From the NCBI RefSeq assembly GCF_000027125.1, contig NC_017626.1: a stretch of DNA of 64,000 nt. One strand, given 5' to 3'. Both the position numbers and the translations under genes were made by a program. Numbering within the stretch: the stretch's first letter is position 1; each line of letters starts with the position of its first letter. Below are positions 1 through 10,900 of the stretch, piece after piece. The notes below the pieces were generated by a model. It worked only from the letters and a program-made list of their open reading frames with translations, searched no databases and was not told the origin of the DNA. Source of the DNA: Escherichia coli 042 (GTDB lineage: Bacteria; Pseudomonadota; Gammaproteobacteria; Enterobacterales; Enterobacteriaceae).

Positions 1-635
1 TTGCCGCTGAACAGATGTAGCATTCTTTCCAGGTCGACGAGTCGGTCAGTCTGTTGCCCGGTGATAAGATGAAACCCCCACCGGTCCCACCTCACTAGGT
101 TGTTGACGATAATTTTACTGCCAAATTTGCAGGGGCAATTGGTTTTGTAATTCCAGTTCAGTCCCCTGAAGACGTTGATCACCCCTCGCTCAAACACCTC
201 ATCCTTATTCTGGTGTAGTTGTTCAAATGTGCTCAGAATGTTCGCTTCACTGATTTCCGGAAAATTATCGTGCTCCAGTGACCGGTACCATGTATCACGG
301 GCCTGTGCATCCATTAAGGAAAGCATCCCTGAACGTTGCATCAGGTCACGCCAGATTTCGCGATCGAGATTGCGTGTGATGGCTTTCATTGCGGTTTCCG
401 GTTTCTCCATCAGCCAGCAGCCGCAGCGAAAATCCTGTTTCATGGCCCAGTCCGGGGCGGCTTTACCGCCAATACTTTCTGTCATTGCTGATATTTCAGC
501 CAGTTGCCGGATAAGTGTGTCGATTTGCAGCAGTGTACTCTTTCGTACAGCCAGAATGTGGCGGATACTGGTTGAGCAGATAACGTCCGTATGCCCGGTG
601 ACCACTTCCGGACGGGAGATTGTGATGTCTGACAT
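1..635 (-). CDS. Partial CDS (start codon at 633-635, 3' end runs off window start); DUF4942-like putative methyltransferase-like protein
   Basis: Manual reverse-complement translation from ATG at 633-635 gives MSDITISRPEVVTGHTDVICS... with no stop for >200 codons down to position 1; absent from ORF track because the stop lies outside the window. Family name from recalled gene order downstream of yeeW. Confidence 0.45.
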   Translation of the reverse strand, partial: MSDITISRPEVVTGHTDVICSTSIRHILAVRKSTLLQIDTLIRQLAEISAMTESIGGKAAPDWAMKQDFRCGCWLMEKPETAMKAITRNLDREIWRDLMQRSGMLSLMDAQARDTWYRSLEHDNFPEISEANILSTFEQLHQNKDEVFERGVINVFRGLNWNYKTNCPCKFGSKIIVNNLVRWDRWGFHLITGQQTDRLVDLERMLHLFSG

Positions 636-719
636 TATCGGTTTCCCTTTTGGTTTATAAACGAAAACGCCAGCCCTGTTCAGGCTGACGTCAGTGGAAT
701 GAAGTATGGTGAGTGATAT

Positions 720-1142
720 TTACCGGTTCTGGTGCAGAAGCTGCAGATGACGAAGAGTACGGACATCCTCCCGGGCCTGTTCGATACAGGGCAACAGTGC
801 TACCGAATCCGTTTTATCCTCATCGTTGTCAAAGATAATTCCCGATTCGCAGTCGATATTGTCCTGCAGCCACGCAATGAGGATATCCAGCGCTGTTTCA
901 GTGGTTAATGGCATCACGCTCTGTATCACTGTATTGTCTTCCGGCAACTGATGAGGGCTGGCAGAAGTCGCCGGTGTTTCGGTAGCGTCACGTTCATTCA
1001 CCACGCGGAGTGAATAACCGTTTTCAGCGACTTTGTTAATCAGTTCAGCGAGCTCAATACCATCGACGTCAACGACAATGCGCCCCATGTTCAGCGCCTG
1101 CGCATTAATGCTGTCGGCTTCCAGCGTCAGGGCCAGTTTCAT
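720..1142 (-). CDS. yeeW: YeeW-like protein, downstream partner of CbtA toxin
   Basis: 140 aa ORF; ATGA overlap with cbtA stop; position matches yeeU-yeeV-yeeW order of E. coli cryptic prophages. Confidence 0.55.
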   Translation of the reverse strand: MKLALTLEADSINAQALNMGRIVVDVDGIELAELINKVAENGYSLRVVNERDATETPATSASPHQLPEDNTVIQSVMPLTTETALDILIAWLQDNIDCESGIIFDNDEDKTDSVALLPCIEQAREDVRTLRHLQLLHQNR

Positions 1143-1516
1143 TGTTTCGCCCCCGGATGTTTACCCAGGGTAATGTTATTTACCGTTCTGTAGTTGTCGC
1201 GTGTCATCAGGCCGGTTGCCCGGCGTGCCCGGAGAATATCAATGCTGTTGATTAACTGCGACGGGGCTCCTGCGCTGAATCCCGGCTGGTCGGTACGTAC
1301 CAGCGCGTATTTTTCAACGAGAAAGTTCACCGCGTCACACAGTGAAATCCCTGCCTCAATATGCTGCTCAATCACACGTTCATCAGCGAACGGTGTGTCA
1401 TTCAGCGTGAGGCCATAGTGCTGGTCCAGCAGTCGGGTGAGCAGTGTCTGCCAGATGGTGATGGGAGACGGGCAGCCCGATGCCTCCCGTACGTGAGTGT
1501 CGGGTAATGTATTCAT
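1139..1516 (-). CDS. cbtA: CbtA/YeeV-family type IV toxin (cytoskeleton-binding toxin)
   Basis: From internal Met (MNTLPDTHV...); tail ...LLDQHYGLTLNDTPFADERVIEQHIEAGISLCDAVNFLVEKYALVRTDQPGF... matches recalled CbtA/YeeV. Confidence 0.85.
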   Translation of the reverse strand: MNTLPDTHVREASGCPSPITIWQTLLTRLLDQHYGLTLNDTPFADERVIEQHIEAGISLCDAVNFLVEKYALVRTDQPGFSAGAPSQLINSIDILRARRATGLMTRDNYRTVNNITLGKHPGAKQ

Positions 1517-1562
1517 CTTAAGTTCTCTGTAACAGGTGGTTATAAAGGGGAGATATCCGGTG

Positions 1563-1940
1563 TTATACGGTGGTTGCGGGCGCTGCCGGTGTCGGATAAA
1601 CAGCCAGATAAACGTAACCACAGGAGCCGAGGGTGTCGGCTTCGCAGGTCAGCCCTTTCGCATACAGTGTCACGGTATGCTGATGGCGGGGATTCAGTTC
1701 ACCACTGGTGAGCATGAGCTCCAGTTGTTTCATCAGCAGCGGAAAGGCCTGGTCCAGGTGGTATGCATCTGCATCGCTGAACCGGCCTCTGATACCGGCG
1801 CGGTCGGCAAGGTAATGCAACCGGTTACCCTTCTGCACCAGACGTGCCCCGAAACAGGGCGTCACGGTGCAGGGCAGTCCCCACCAGAGGCGGTCGTGAT
1901 TGTCGTCGGGAGGCGTTGTCCCGGGGAGTGTGTCTGACAC
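1563..1940 (-). CDS. cbeA: CbeA/YeeU-family antitoxin
   Basis: MSDTLPGTTPPDDNHDRLWWGLPCTVTPCFGARLVQKGNRLHYLADRAGIRG... matches recalled YeeU/CbeA; immediately upstream of toxin; start codon appears to be GTG. Confidence 0.85.
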   Translation of the reverse strand: MSDTLPGTTPPDDNHDRLWWGLPCTVTPCFGARLVQKGNRLHYLADRAGIRGRFSDADAYHLDQAFPLLMKQLELMLTSGELNPRHQHTVTLYAKGLTCEADTLGSCGYVYLAVYPTPAAPATTV

Positions 1941-2019
1941 GATAAAGTCCTCACAGAAAATCGGTTAAGAATGGTCCGGTAGTGGCGATAATTCTGCTCA
2001 TCAGAATTCCCTTCCAGAC

Positions 2020-2241
2020 TCAGTTCAGGGTGACGCTCATCAGCCGGACATACGGACCAAAACTGTCCTTACGGCGTTCTGCAAACACAGCCAGTACACC
2101 GGGAATATCCTGCACTTCACGGCCGGTATATGTATCCGTGCTACCGTGCCAGCGGTATTTACCGGTACAGAACGGAAAAAGACGGGATGCAGGATGCTGA
2201 CGGTGAATACGCATGGCTTCACCACGGGTGATGATTTTCAT
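2020..2241 (-). CDS. yeeT: YeeT-like DUF987 protein
   Basis: 73 aa, MKIITRGEAMRIHRQHPASRLFPFCTGKYRWHG... matches recalled YeeT. Confidence 0.75.
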   Translation of the reverse strand: MKIITRGEAMRIHRQHPASRLFPFCTGKYRWHGSTDTYTGREVQDIPGVLAVFAERRKDSFGPYVRLMSVTLN

Positions 2242-2327
2242 GAGAATAGTCCTCCTGAATGTGAAAGTAAGAAACAGCTGAGAAAGAGAAACTGAAGTGA
2301 TATGAAGGTGATTGTGACGGTGACGGG

Positions 2328-2804
2328 TTAAAGCAGACCGTGTTCCGCAAAGGAGAAAACCTGGCTGCCACCGACTATCAGATGGTCCGGTACCCGGATA
2401 TCAACCAGGGCCAGTGCCTGTACCAGACGCTCAGTGATAAGGCGGTCTGCCTTGCTGGGGGGGACTTCACCGGACGGGTGATTGTGCGCCAGCACCACGG
2501 CAGCGGCATTGTGGTACAGGGCGCGTTTAATCACTTCCCGGGGATGGACTTCCGTACGGTTGATGGTGCCGGTGAAGAGGGTTTCACCGGCAATCAGCTG
2601 ATTCTGGTTGTTCAGATACAGCACCCGGAACTCTTCACGCTCCAGTCCCGCCATGTTCAGAATCAGCCATTCCCGTGCCGCATGCGTGGAGGTGAAGGCC
2701 ACGCCGGGTTCATGAAGATGGCGGTCCAGGGTTTTCAGGGCCCGCTGAATGAGGCTGCGCTCGCCGGGTGTCATCTCTCCGGGCAGAAAGGAAAGTTGTT
2801 GCAT
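2328..2804 (-). CDS. yeeS: RadC-like JAB-domain protein (YeeS/YfjY family); alternative start at 2819
   Basis: HNHPSG motif (JAMM-like), LIVGG; conserved position between antirestriction gene and yeeT. Confidence 0.8.
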   Translation of the reverse strand: MQQLSFLPGEMTPGERSLIQRALKTLDRHLHEPGVAFTSTHAAREWLILNMAGLEREEFRVLYLNNQNQLIAGETLFTGTINRTEVHPREVIKRALYHNAAAVVLAHNHPSGEVPPSKADRLITERLVQALALVDIRVPDHLIVGGSQVFSFAEHGLL

Positions 2805-2819
2805 TGTGCTTCTCTCCAT

Positions 2820-3293
2820 TCAATCGATGATGCGCATAATGGCGCTGCATTCCGGATGCTGCAGGGCGTAATCCCGCAGCCGGTAATAATGGACCGTCAT
2901 GGCATAACACTCCGTACGACAGGCATGATGACTGTACGTCATCAGACAGGCGGCAATGCCGGCGGCTTCCGGGCTCATTTCAGCGCGGTTACCGTTCATG
3001 GCATTGAACAGTACCCAGTTTTCGCCATCATCGTCATCCGGTTCGGGTGCCATAAATGCCCCGCCGTTGTTCAGGGTGTACAGATTCCAGATACCACCGC
3101 AGTAGTTTTCGCAAAGACGGTCCATCCAGCCGAAGACACGGGGCTCCAGGGTCACCCACTGTGGAATGAGGCCAAAGTGCTGCGGCCAGAAACTGATACG
3201 TTGTTCATCAGGGACGAGGCTGGCAACCAGTTGTTGCAGGTCAGTCTCCGGTGCTGAGACCGAAGAGGTGGTGTTCTGAGACAATGTTTTCAT
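2820..3293 (-). CDS. Antirestriction protein (ArdB/KlcA family, YfjX-like)
   Basis: 157 aa acidic protein (PEPDDDDGENW), recalled similarity to YfjX/KlcA; stop abuts radC-like start. Confidence 0.7.
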   Translation of the reverse strand: MKTLSQNTTSSVSAPETDLQQLVASLVPDEQRISFWPQHFGLIPQWVTLEPRVFGWMDRLCENYCGGIWNLYTLNNGGAFMAPEPDDDDGENWVLFNAMNGNRAEMSPEAAGIAACLMTYSHHACRTECYAMTVHYYRLRDYALQHPECSAIMRIID

Positions 3294-3594
3294 ATGTGAA
3301 ATCCTTGTAGTGTGAATAAATGCGAGGAAGTAAAGGTCGGGTGGCTGATAACATCACGTTCATCACTGACCGTGAGACCCGGTAATATCAGGGATGAATG
3401 ATATTCGGCTGAAATTCCGGACAGCCGTACGCGTAACCGTTCCGGTCACAGACGGATGGCCTGATGCCATTGCCTGTACTCAGTCTGCACAGACTGATTT
3501 CTCCGGGACGGTAAAGCAGACGGGTATACCAGGCGCACAGGTCATCATCAGAAATGGAACGACATCCCGGCAGCGCCTTCAGGGACAGGCTGCA

Positions 3595-4413
3595 TCAGCG
3601 CAGGCTCTCCAGCAGCGTTTCCGCCATCACCCACAATGCGCGGTTGAGCTTAATATCGGTGTCGATGCTGTGAATGGCACGGGTGTGGATACGTTTTCCT
3701 CTGGCACTGCGACCGGAAATCCCGCCTTTCAGCATATTCTCCTGGATGGTCTGATAAGTACTCCACAGGTCCTTACCGTAATCCTCCCTGCGTCGCGGTG
3801 TCAGAATGTCAGCGGTGGTGACGGGCTGATGTTCGTCACCATAACGGTAAGTCAGTGCCGCCTGTGCCAGCGCCTGGCGTGCCGGTGGCGGCAGAATCAG
3901 CGACTGCATGGCATCACGCTTTTCCTCAATCCGGTCAAAAACCCCCACCACCTCGTAAGCCCCTTCAATGACTCTGTCCACCACATTTCCCCGGTGCGGA
4001 ACACGCACTTCCCCCAGAGACTGACCACAGACGCATCCGTTCTGGCAGACGAACCTGAAGTAACCCGGCAGCATCTGGTAGCTGGAGGTACCGTCATGAG
4101 AGTTGAGCAGAATAATTTCAGGGAAATGTTCTCCGTTTATCTCTCCGGCCCGCCGCAGACGCAGCATGTGTTTTGTGTATCCCCGGCGGCCCGGGTCGCG
4201 CACACGGGTCTGGCAGGCGAAGAATGGCTGAAAGCCTTCCCGCTGCAGGCTTTCCAGTACGGTGATGGTGGGGATGTACGTATAGTTCTGGCTTCGGGAC
4301 GTGTGTTTATCTTCCCCGAAAATCCCCGGCACATAGTGCATCAGTTCTTCGTGTGTCAGCGGACGGTCACGGCGTATCTGGTTCGCATAACCAAAACGAC
4401 TGGCTAGTCGCAT
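3595..4413 (-). CDS. DUF932-family protein (YfjQ/YafZ-like)
   Basis: 272 aa; recalled similarity to YfjQ-type proteins of CP4-57-like elements. Confidence 0.65.
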   Translation of the reverse strand: MRLASRFGYANQIRRDRPLTHEELMHYVPGIFGEDKHTSRSQNYTYIPTITVLESLQREGFQPFFACQTRVRDPGRRGYTKHMLRLRRAGEINGEHFPEIILLNSHDGTSSYQMLPGYFRFVCQNGCVCGQSLGEVRVPHRGNVVDRVIEGAYEVVGVFDRIEEKRDAMQSLILPPPARQALAQAALTYRYGDEHQPVTTADILTPRRREDYGKDLWSTYQTIQENMLKGGISGRSARGKRIHTRAIHSIDTDIKLNRALWVMAETLLESLR

Positions 4414-4512
4414 AATTTGCTCCTTATCGGTGGTTAAGATTTACTGGTGTAATAAATGAAAAAGCCACGTCTCCCGGAGAAGACGCGGCCTGATGGGTGA
4501 AATGAATGACGT

Positions 4513-4746
4513 TTATTGTCTGAGAAGACCGTCACTGGCGAGCCGCGTATTAAGCACCTTTCCGGCATCGGGTTCAGAATTCCGGCAGCGCCAGCGTCGC
4601 TGACCTTCCGCGTTGCGGATAACCCGACGGAAATGCATTCCCGGGTCATCCTGGATAAACACATTGCGGTAAGCTGTTATGACAGCAACCGCCTGCCCGT
4701 ATGAGAAAGATCCTTCAGCCAGGACATACTCTGTGTAACCCGGCAT
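4513..4746 (-). CDS. DUF905-family small protein (YkfF-like)
   Basis: 77 aa; ...[29 protein letters not shown]... resembles recalled YkfF motif HFRLVVRD...WRAWNFEPDAG. Confidence 0.55.
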   Translation of the reverse strand: MPGYTEYVLAEGSFSYGQAVAVITAYRNVFIQDDPGMHFRRVIRNAEGQRRWRCRNSEPDAGKVLNTRLASDGLLRQ

Positions 4747-4762
4747 ATCTGTTTTCTCCTGA

Positions 4763-4800
4763 TAAATAAAAAGCCTCTGCCACGCGTTGTGACAGAGGCT
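4763..4800 (-). terminator. Putative Rho-independent terminator after the secreted-protein gene
   Basis: Inverted repeat agcctctg...cagaggct (8 bp stem, ~13 nt loop) flanked on the plus strand by an A-run (U-run on minus-strand RNA), ~25 nt past the stop at 4825; coordinates approximate. Confidence 0.4.
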
Positions 4801-4824
4801 GAAGCATGAAACTGACTTCAGGGA

Positions 4825-5280
4825 TCAGTTAACGTTTTTTCCGGAAACGGTAATTAGCAGTGGATGGTAGTCCTGGGGATCGAAAACCGATAACGGCAGA
4901 CTGACACGATGGCCGTTACTTTCTTCAGTTGCTTTAATGATTTCGGTTGTGGCGACATTTTCCACGCACTCCGTTTCCAGAAATGCGTCTGTGGTTCGCG
5001 TGGCATTACTGTCACCAAAAGCTTCCGTTTCCATTTTTCTGGTCACCAGCGTCTGACCATATTTGTCTTTGAGTTGCAGAGTGATGGTGAGGGGGCCAAA
5101 CCCTTCATCGTTTCCGCCATTATCCAGCCGGAACTGGTAAGCACAAATATTTCCCGGGAGCCATATCGTATCTGTATTGCGTATACTGATGTAACGTTGA
5201 TCCTGTGCCCGGAGTGGGGCAGACCACGTTAACCCCAGAATGAAGGCGGTAATCATGCAGGTTTTGAACAGGTGAATCAT
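4825..5280 (-). CDS. Predicted secreted protein with N-terminal signal peptide (YkfB/IrmA-like family suspected)
   Basis: Hydrophobic N-terminus MITAFILGLTWSAPLRAQ then hydrophilic body; family assignment from memory only. Confidence 0.4.
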   Translation of the reverse strand: MIHLFKTCMITAFILGLTWSAPLRAQDQRYISIRNTDTIWLPGNICAYQFRLDNGGNDEGFGPLTITLQLKDKYGQTLVTRKMETEAFGDSNATRTTDAFLETECVENVATTEIIKATEESNGHRVSLPLSVFDPQDYHPLLITVSGKNVN

Positions 5281-5355
5281 GGTATTTACCTCTCTGAATC
5301 ATGACGATGACACTGACAAGTCAGGTGATAAAACGTAAAAGGTGCAGAATACTCG

Positions 5356-7878
5356 TTATGCCGGTAACTCCGGGGGTAATGCTTCTTCCAGCCGGTTAAC
5401 CATATTGCCGAGATGGGATGCATCATATTCCATGACGGGGCGTTGCCTGATGATACTGACCACCAGTGGTTTGATTAACATATTGGTCGCGGCCCGTTGT
5501 TGTATACCGGCGGCGAAAATGATCTCCAGAGCATTCTGATCGATAACACGGGCCAGATTCGCGTTCAGATTTTCTGTTTCATGTCCGGTCAGCAGGAAAC
5601 TGCCGGCAAGCCATGTCACCTGTTCCTGAATCATTGCCAGAATTTTGACGCGATCTTCTTCAACCAGCGCTCCGGCAATTTTTCCTGATACAGCGGAGGC
5701 AATCATTCCCCCCAGAACACCGCCAACCACACGCCCTGTCAGTGCACCAAATGGTCCCAGTGGACTGAACAGTATCCCGCCCGCCACTGACCCGACAGCT
5801 CCACCTGCCACACCGGAAGATGCCACGGCAAGATTCCTGATGAACTGCGTACCGGAGATCCGTCCCCGCAACATTTTGATCATGTCAGGGCCGGTTGTGA
5901 CAGCTACCAGTGCCAGAGATGTCACCAGCGTACCCTTCATCACTTTGTTCAGGGCACTGATATTTCCTGTACCGGTCCCCTTCTGAAGAGCCAGTCGGAC
6001 AGTCGGACTGGCCGTCGAAAAATCAATGTGCTTCAGCATACCCTGAACAACACTGAGCCGGTGAAGTTGCTGGGTTGTGACGTAGACAGCCAGTGTGCGG
6101 GTGAAGGTTTTTCCTGCCTGGACAGCAGCTGTCTGCAGGGCAGCATCGCGATCGCCGGTGCTGAGCCAGAAGACCGATGCCGTCAGGGCAAAACTGATCC
6201 CTCCGGCCGCCAGACTGACAACCGAACCCTCGGCAATATCATAAGTGACCGATTCGATGGTCCCGAACCGGGTGATATTACGGGCCTGGGTATAAGTCAG
6301 ATGTCCCCGACGAATCAGCCGGGACGCTTCTGCGGGATCGGTTACACCAGGTACTTTACCTTCGCGGATCTTATTCCTCATGGTTTCAACAGCGCCGGCA
6401 TACTGATCACGGGGGACTTCCAGTTGCATGGGGCCATGATTTCCCATGTAACGATACTGTCCGTTTTGTCCGTCGAATGCCGCACCGACGCTACGGGCTG
6501 CAGTTGAACAATATTTCGTCTGGATCTCTGTTCCGCTGACCAGTCTGTCTGCTCCATTTCTGGCATTATTATCACCGAGGATCCGTGCGTTTTTCAGACG
6601 GACTCTGTCGACAATATGGTTTCCCCGTTCAGCGGCAAACCCATGTCCCTGCCCTCCGGAAGCAAACATTTTCTCATTTGTACTCCAGGTTTCCGGCAGT
6701 TTCATGAGAATCAGACCATTCGCCGTTGCATCGGAAATAAAACTGTTGTAGGGGCGTTCATAAATTTCCTGACACAGTGTTTCTGTTTCGCGACAAAGAG
6801 AGGAGCAGTACCATTCCGGATCCGGCTTATGATTTTCCGGGGCATGATGTACTTCTGTCAGCCCGCAGGAGGCACAGATACGAAGCTCATCCACGTGATG
6901 GAATGATACAAAACGGCGACCTTCTGAAAAGGGATACCAGTCACCGCCGTCCAGGCAACGATCGAGAAAATCGTCATTCGCTTCCGGTGATAAATTCAGG
7001 CGGTTCCGGAAGAGGGTTTTCAGTTCATCAGGGGTAAATGACAGGCTCTCTCTCAGCTTTTCGTTGAAACCCGCCATGTTTCTTTCATACCAGGCATTGT
7101 CCAGTAGCCAGTTTCCGTCTGCCAGTTCAAATTCCCTCAGTTCTCCCCGGGAAATCCGTTGTGAAATGAGTGTCAGCCAGATGCGCTCCGTCAGCGTTTC
7201 AGGAAGGCTGTAATCGTTTTGCAAACTGCTCAGCCATGATTTACTGTTGAGCACCGGTTGTTCTTCCAGTGTCTGGCTGATGGCACTGGTCAGTCTTTTC
7301 AGCGCCTGGATCTGGCTGGCCGCCCATAGCAGCGTCACTAATGCAGCCAGCCAGTACAACAACCCGCCCCACCACATCAGTGAGGGTGAAATATCGAACT
7401 GCAATGCGATCAATGGTGCGTATGCAGAACACGCCATAAGGAAAAAGGCAGTATAAAAACAGCAGTAATACCCGTTAATTTCCTTGCTGATATCTTCAGG
7501 TGTGAGCCCGTTCTGCTGAATGGTTCTTATCTGCACGGGAAGAGCCAGCAGACCAGCGGCGAGAGCGGTGGTCAGAATAAATTTTACAGAGTCAAAAGTA
7601 TGAGCCTCCAGTGCGATATGTTTACCATCAAGTCCCCACATGAAGCTGATGATCATTCCGGCAATCGTCAGAAATACGCCTGCCAGCCAGCGAATATGGA
7701 ATAACCGGGTTATGCGTTCAGTGATATAGCCAGCCAGTAAAGCCGGACCGAACAGACACAGCAATATGAACCCTGCCAGCGCAGACGCTGTGCTGGTTAA
7801 TGCTCTGAACAAAAGGCGAAGAATGGCAAATCCTGCGATCAGCAGAATCAGCGCGCCGACTATCTGTAACATAGTCAC
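5356..7878 (-). CDS. Large inner-membrane protein, YeeR/YfjW-like
   Basis: 840 aa; multiple hydrophobic helices at N-terminus and Gly-rich hydrophobic C-terminal region; sits where yeeR lies relative to flu in CP4-44. Confidence 0.55.
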   Translation of the reverse strand: MTMLQIVGALILLIAGFAILRLLFRALTSTASALAGFILLCLFGPALLAGYITERITRLFHIRWLAGVFLTIAGMIISFMWGLDGKHIALEAHTFDSVKFILTTALAAGLLALPVQIRTIQQNGLTPEDISKEINGYYCCFYTAFFLMACSAYAPLIALQFDISPSLMWWGGLLYWLAALVTLLWAASQIQALKRLTSAISQTLEEQPVLNSKSWLSSLQNDYSLPETLTERIWLTLISQRISRGELREFELADGNWLLDNAWYERNMAGFNEKLRESLSFTPDELKTLFRNRLNLSPEANDDFLDRCLDGGDWYPFSEGRRFVSFHHVDELRICASCGLTEVHHAPENHKPDPEWYCSSLCRETETLCQEIYERPYNSFISDATANGLILMKLPETWSTNEKMFASGGQGHGFAAERGNHIVDRVRLKNARILGDNNARNGADRLVSGTEIQTKYCSTAARSVGAAFDGQNGQYRYMGNHGPMQLEVPRDQYAGAVETMRNKIREGKVPGVTDPAEASRLIRRGHLTYTQARNITRFGTIESVTYDIAEGSVVSLAAGGISFALTASVFWLSTGDRDAALQTAAVQAGKTFTRTLAVYVTTQQLHRLSVVQGMLKHIDFSTASPTVRLALQKGTGTGNISALNKVMKGTLVTSLALVAVTTGPDMIKMLRGRISGTQFIRNLAVASSGVAGGAVGSVAGGILFSPLGPFGALTGRVVGGVLGGMIASAVSGKIAGALVEEDRVKILAMIQEQVTWLAGSFLLTGHETENLNANLARVIDQNALEIIFAAGIQQRAATNMLIKPLVVSIIRQRPVMEYDASHLGNMVNRLEEALPPELPA

Positions 7879-7992
7879 TCCGTGATGAATATCATGTTAT
7901 TGTGAATGCCAGTGAATGTGGCACTGAAATGTTTTCCCCCGTCCGGGTCCCGGTCATGATGACCGGAACCACAGAGAGGCAATGCAGAATTA

Positions 7993-10900
7993 TCAGAAGG
8001 TCACATTCAGCGTGGCCTGACTGTTATAACCTTCAGCGCTGCTGCCGCTGACGCTGTGGGCATAACCGGCCTGAACGCCCAGGGTGATATTTTCCCGGAC
8101 ACGGGCTTCCAGTCCGGCCTGCAGATCCAGTGAAGTGCCATTCTGTGAGGGAGAGAACGTCATCCCGCTGCCTGCGGTGGAGGTCCCCACACGCATATCA
8201 CCCCGGGAGCTGAAGGTGCGGATAACGGAAGGCTGTACCCACCAGTTCACCGGCAGTTCACGCACACTGTGTTTTGCACTGTCACGCAGGGGGGCACGGG
8301 ATGAGGTGCCTTCACCAAAGGTCATATCGTTGTGGCTGCCCAGACGGAAACCGGCACGCACATGTTGTGCACTGCCATGCCCGAACTTCACATAACCGGC
8401 GTTGTCCTTACCGTCATCCAGCGAAAGCCCCTGCCAGGTGTACTGCAGCCGTGGCTCCAGCATCAGGTTGTCAGTAATACTGAAGGGCAGACCGGTTTCC
8501 AGTGAGCCCAGCCAGCCCCAGCCCCGTGCGCGGAAGTCGTTATTGCCCGATGACGCTTTCATACTGTGGCGGGTTCCCTGTGCCACAATGTCAGCCCACA
8601 GGCCGGAGGAGGTGTGTGTCAGGTTCATATATCCGCCCAGGCTGCCGGCATCATCCCGGACCGTGCCGGCGCGGGAGCCGTCATCATCCTTAACATCAAC
8701 GGAAGAATGGCCTGCAGCACCATACACTCCTGTCGTCAGTGACATACCGGCGACCTCTGTTCTGAGCAGGTCACCCTCCAGACGGACGAAGCCATAGCTG
8801 CCGCTGCTTTCCGGCGTGGCCCCACGGGCAATACCGCCGTTGTTATCGTGACCGAGATGGCCGCCCTGAATGCTGAGACGGACGCTGTTATTTTCACCGT
8901 TTACACCGGTCTGATGGCTGCGTGAGCCTGCCAGAATCCGGTCATAGTCCATTGCCTGTGTCAGCATGGAGGCGTACAGGGGGACTTCAGCACGATAACG
9001 TTCTTCACTGCGCAGATACCAGCTCTCATCACTGTCCCGGTTGAGGGTGTAGTTAAAGGCCCCGGCCTGCAGCATATTCCCCTGGACAAAAGCCCCTTCC
9101 TCCGTGGTGGCACCGTTAATGGCCTCAACCACCTGAATACCCTTACCGGTGGTCGCCAGCCCCGTACCACTGTTGCCGGCGTTCACCAGATTCAGGATGG
9201 TTTTTCCGGTTGCCCTGCCACCGTCAATGACCAGTCTGTCAGCATTGTTCTGCGCCATATCCGGGCGTACACGCAGGCTGATGGTGCCATTCTGCCCGTT
9301 CAGGTTTTTCACCTGCAGGGTTGCCGGTACGAACTTCCCTGTGCGGGTGGAGGTGAAATGAATCTGTCCGGCATGGCTGAGGTCATCCACCACCGACTGC
9401 ACCGTGGCGTTATCAGGGATATTCCAGGTGGCACCGGATGTCAGGGTGACATTCGTGGGGTCAATGGCACCGTTCAGCACTGTGCTGCCGGTCAGCTTCA
9501 GGGCCGTGCCGCGCTGAGCGATGACATCCGTGGTGACGGTACTGTCGTTCAGCGTCAGCGTGCCTTCATTCAGGTTGACGGTTTTCTGGGTGAGTGTGGT
9601 GTTGCTGACAGTGAGTGTGCCACTTCCTGATTTTTCCACCCTGCCGTTACCGGTAAGAGCGCCTCCCTGCAGGAGTGCATCACCTTCACGGATGGTCAGG
9701 GTATCGTTATTCACCGTTTTCCCGGAAAGGGTAAGCGTGGCACCGTTATTCAGCGTGGTGGTGCCCGCCAGCGAGCCCCCTCTGGCAGTGAACAGTCCGC
9801 CATTTACCGTGGTATCCGTGGCCGTATCACCGGCGTTCAGCGTGAATGAACTGCCTTTTTCCAGCATCAGGGCATCCGCCTGACCGCCCCCGATACGGAA
9901 TGCCGTTCCGTCGCTCCGGGTACCACTGACAGCGGCCCCGGAATCGGCCAGCAGTACACCGCCATTCCCCATGGATACGGTGGTGGCGGCACCACCGTTG
10001 CGGACATCCAGCGTTCCGCCATCATCCACACGGGTATTAGTGGCTGTGTGTCCGCTCAGCACATCCAGACGTCCGCCATTTTCCAGTACGACATTATCAG
10101 CCTTACCCGCCAGAACGGAGAATGCTCCCAGGCGGTTTGTGCCGGTGACGGTTGCAGCTGTGCTGGTAACCAGTGCACCTCCCGTGTTCTGGGTGACATC
10201 AGACGCTTTACCGCCGGCATTCACCTGCAGCTTTCCTTTCTGGTTGATGGTGGTATGCGCGGTAGTTCCTCCTTCCTTAATCACCTGCCAGCCCCCCTCG
10301 TTAATTACCGTGTTCAGCGCAAGTCCGTATTTGTGCACATACTGGTTTCCTCCCTCCAGCCGGGTGTTATGTGCCTCGCCGTGTACCGTCTGGTCACCGC
10401 CGGCGTAAATGAGGGTGTCCCGTGCCATCCCCGAAGACCAGATAACCTGCCGGCCATTTTTGTTGATGGTGGTGGATTCAGCCGTCCCTCCGACCATCTG
10501 ACCGCTGGACACATTTTCAGACTCCGGACCACCTTCTGCACCGGTGTTGACGATGGTTCCGGTTGCCTGCCCGCCATGTTTAATGGTCTGGTAGCCAGAC
10601 TGGTTAATCACCGTTCCGGATGCACTGCCGCCTGCATGTATCCATTGTTCACCACCGTTAAGGACAGTACCGTAAGCCTGCCCGCGCAGATTCTGTCCTC
10701 CACCGGCACTGATAACCGTATCCGTGGCACTGCCACCTGCCATGACATCCTGCAGACCGTTTGCGGTGACCGTGGTGTTTCTGGCAGTGCCACCCCGGGC
10801 TATCTGCTGACCGCCGGTGTTGTCATCAGAGTCCGGCCCCAGCTCAAGCCCGGTACTGACAGTCACGCCATCAGCTGTTCCGGATACAAACTGGTTGTCA

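Noticed and set aside
175-660. 161-aa plus-strand ORF (Ser/Cys-rich)
   Set aside because: Lies antisense to an uninterrupted minus-strand reading frame (DUF4942-like gene, start codon at 633-635) that fits the yeeW-cbtA operon; composition looks like antisense translation.
5645-7456. Plus-strand ORFs inside the YeeR-like gene (e.g. 5645..5986, 6028..6507)
   Set aside because: Antisense to a continuous 840-aa minus-strand ORF; Pro/Thr/Ala-rich low-complexity translations.
7940-7972. Near-perfect palindrome ggtcccggtcatgatgaccggaacc between flu stop and the YeeR-like gene start
   Set aside because: Not followed by a U-run on either strand, so not a canonical intrinsic terminator; possibly a protein-binding site but no evidence.
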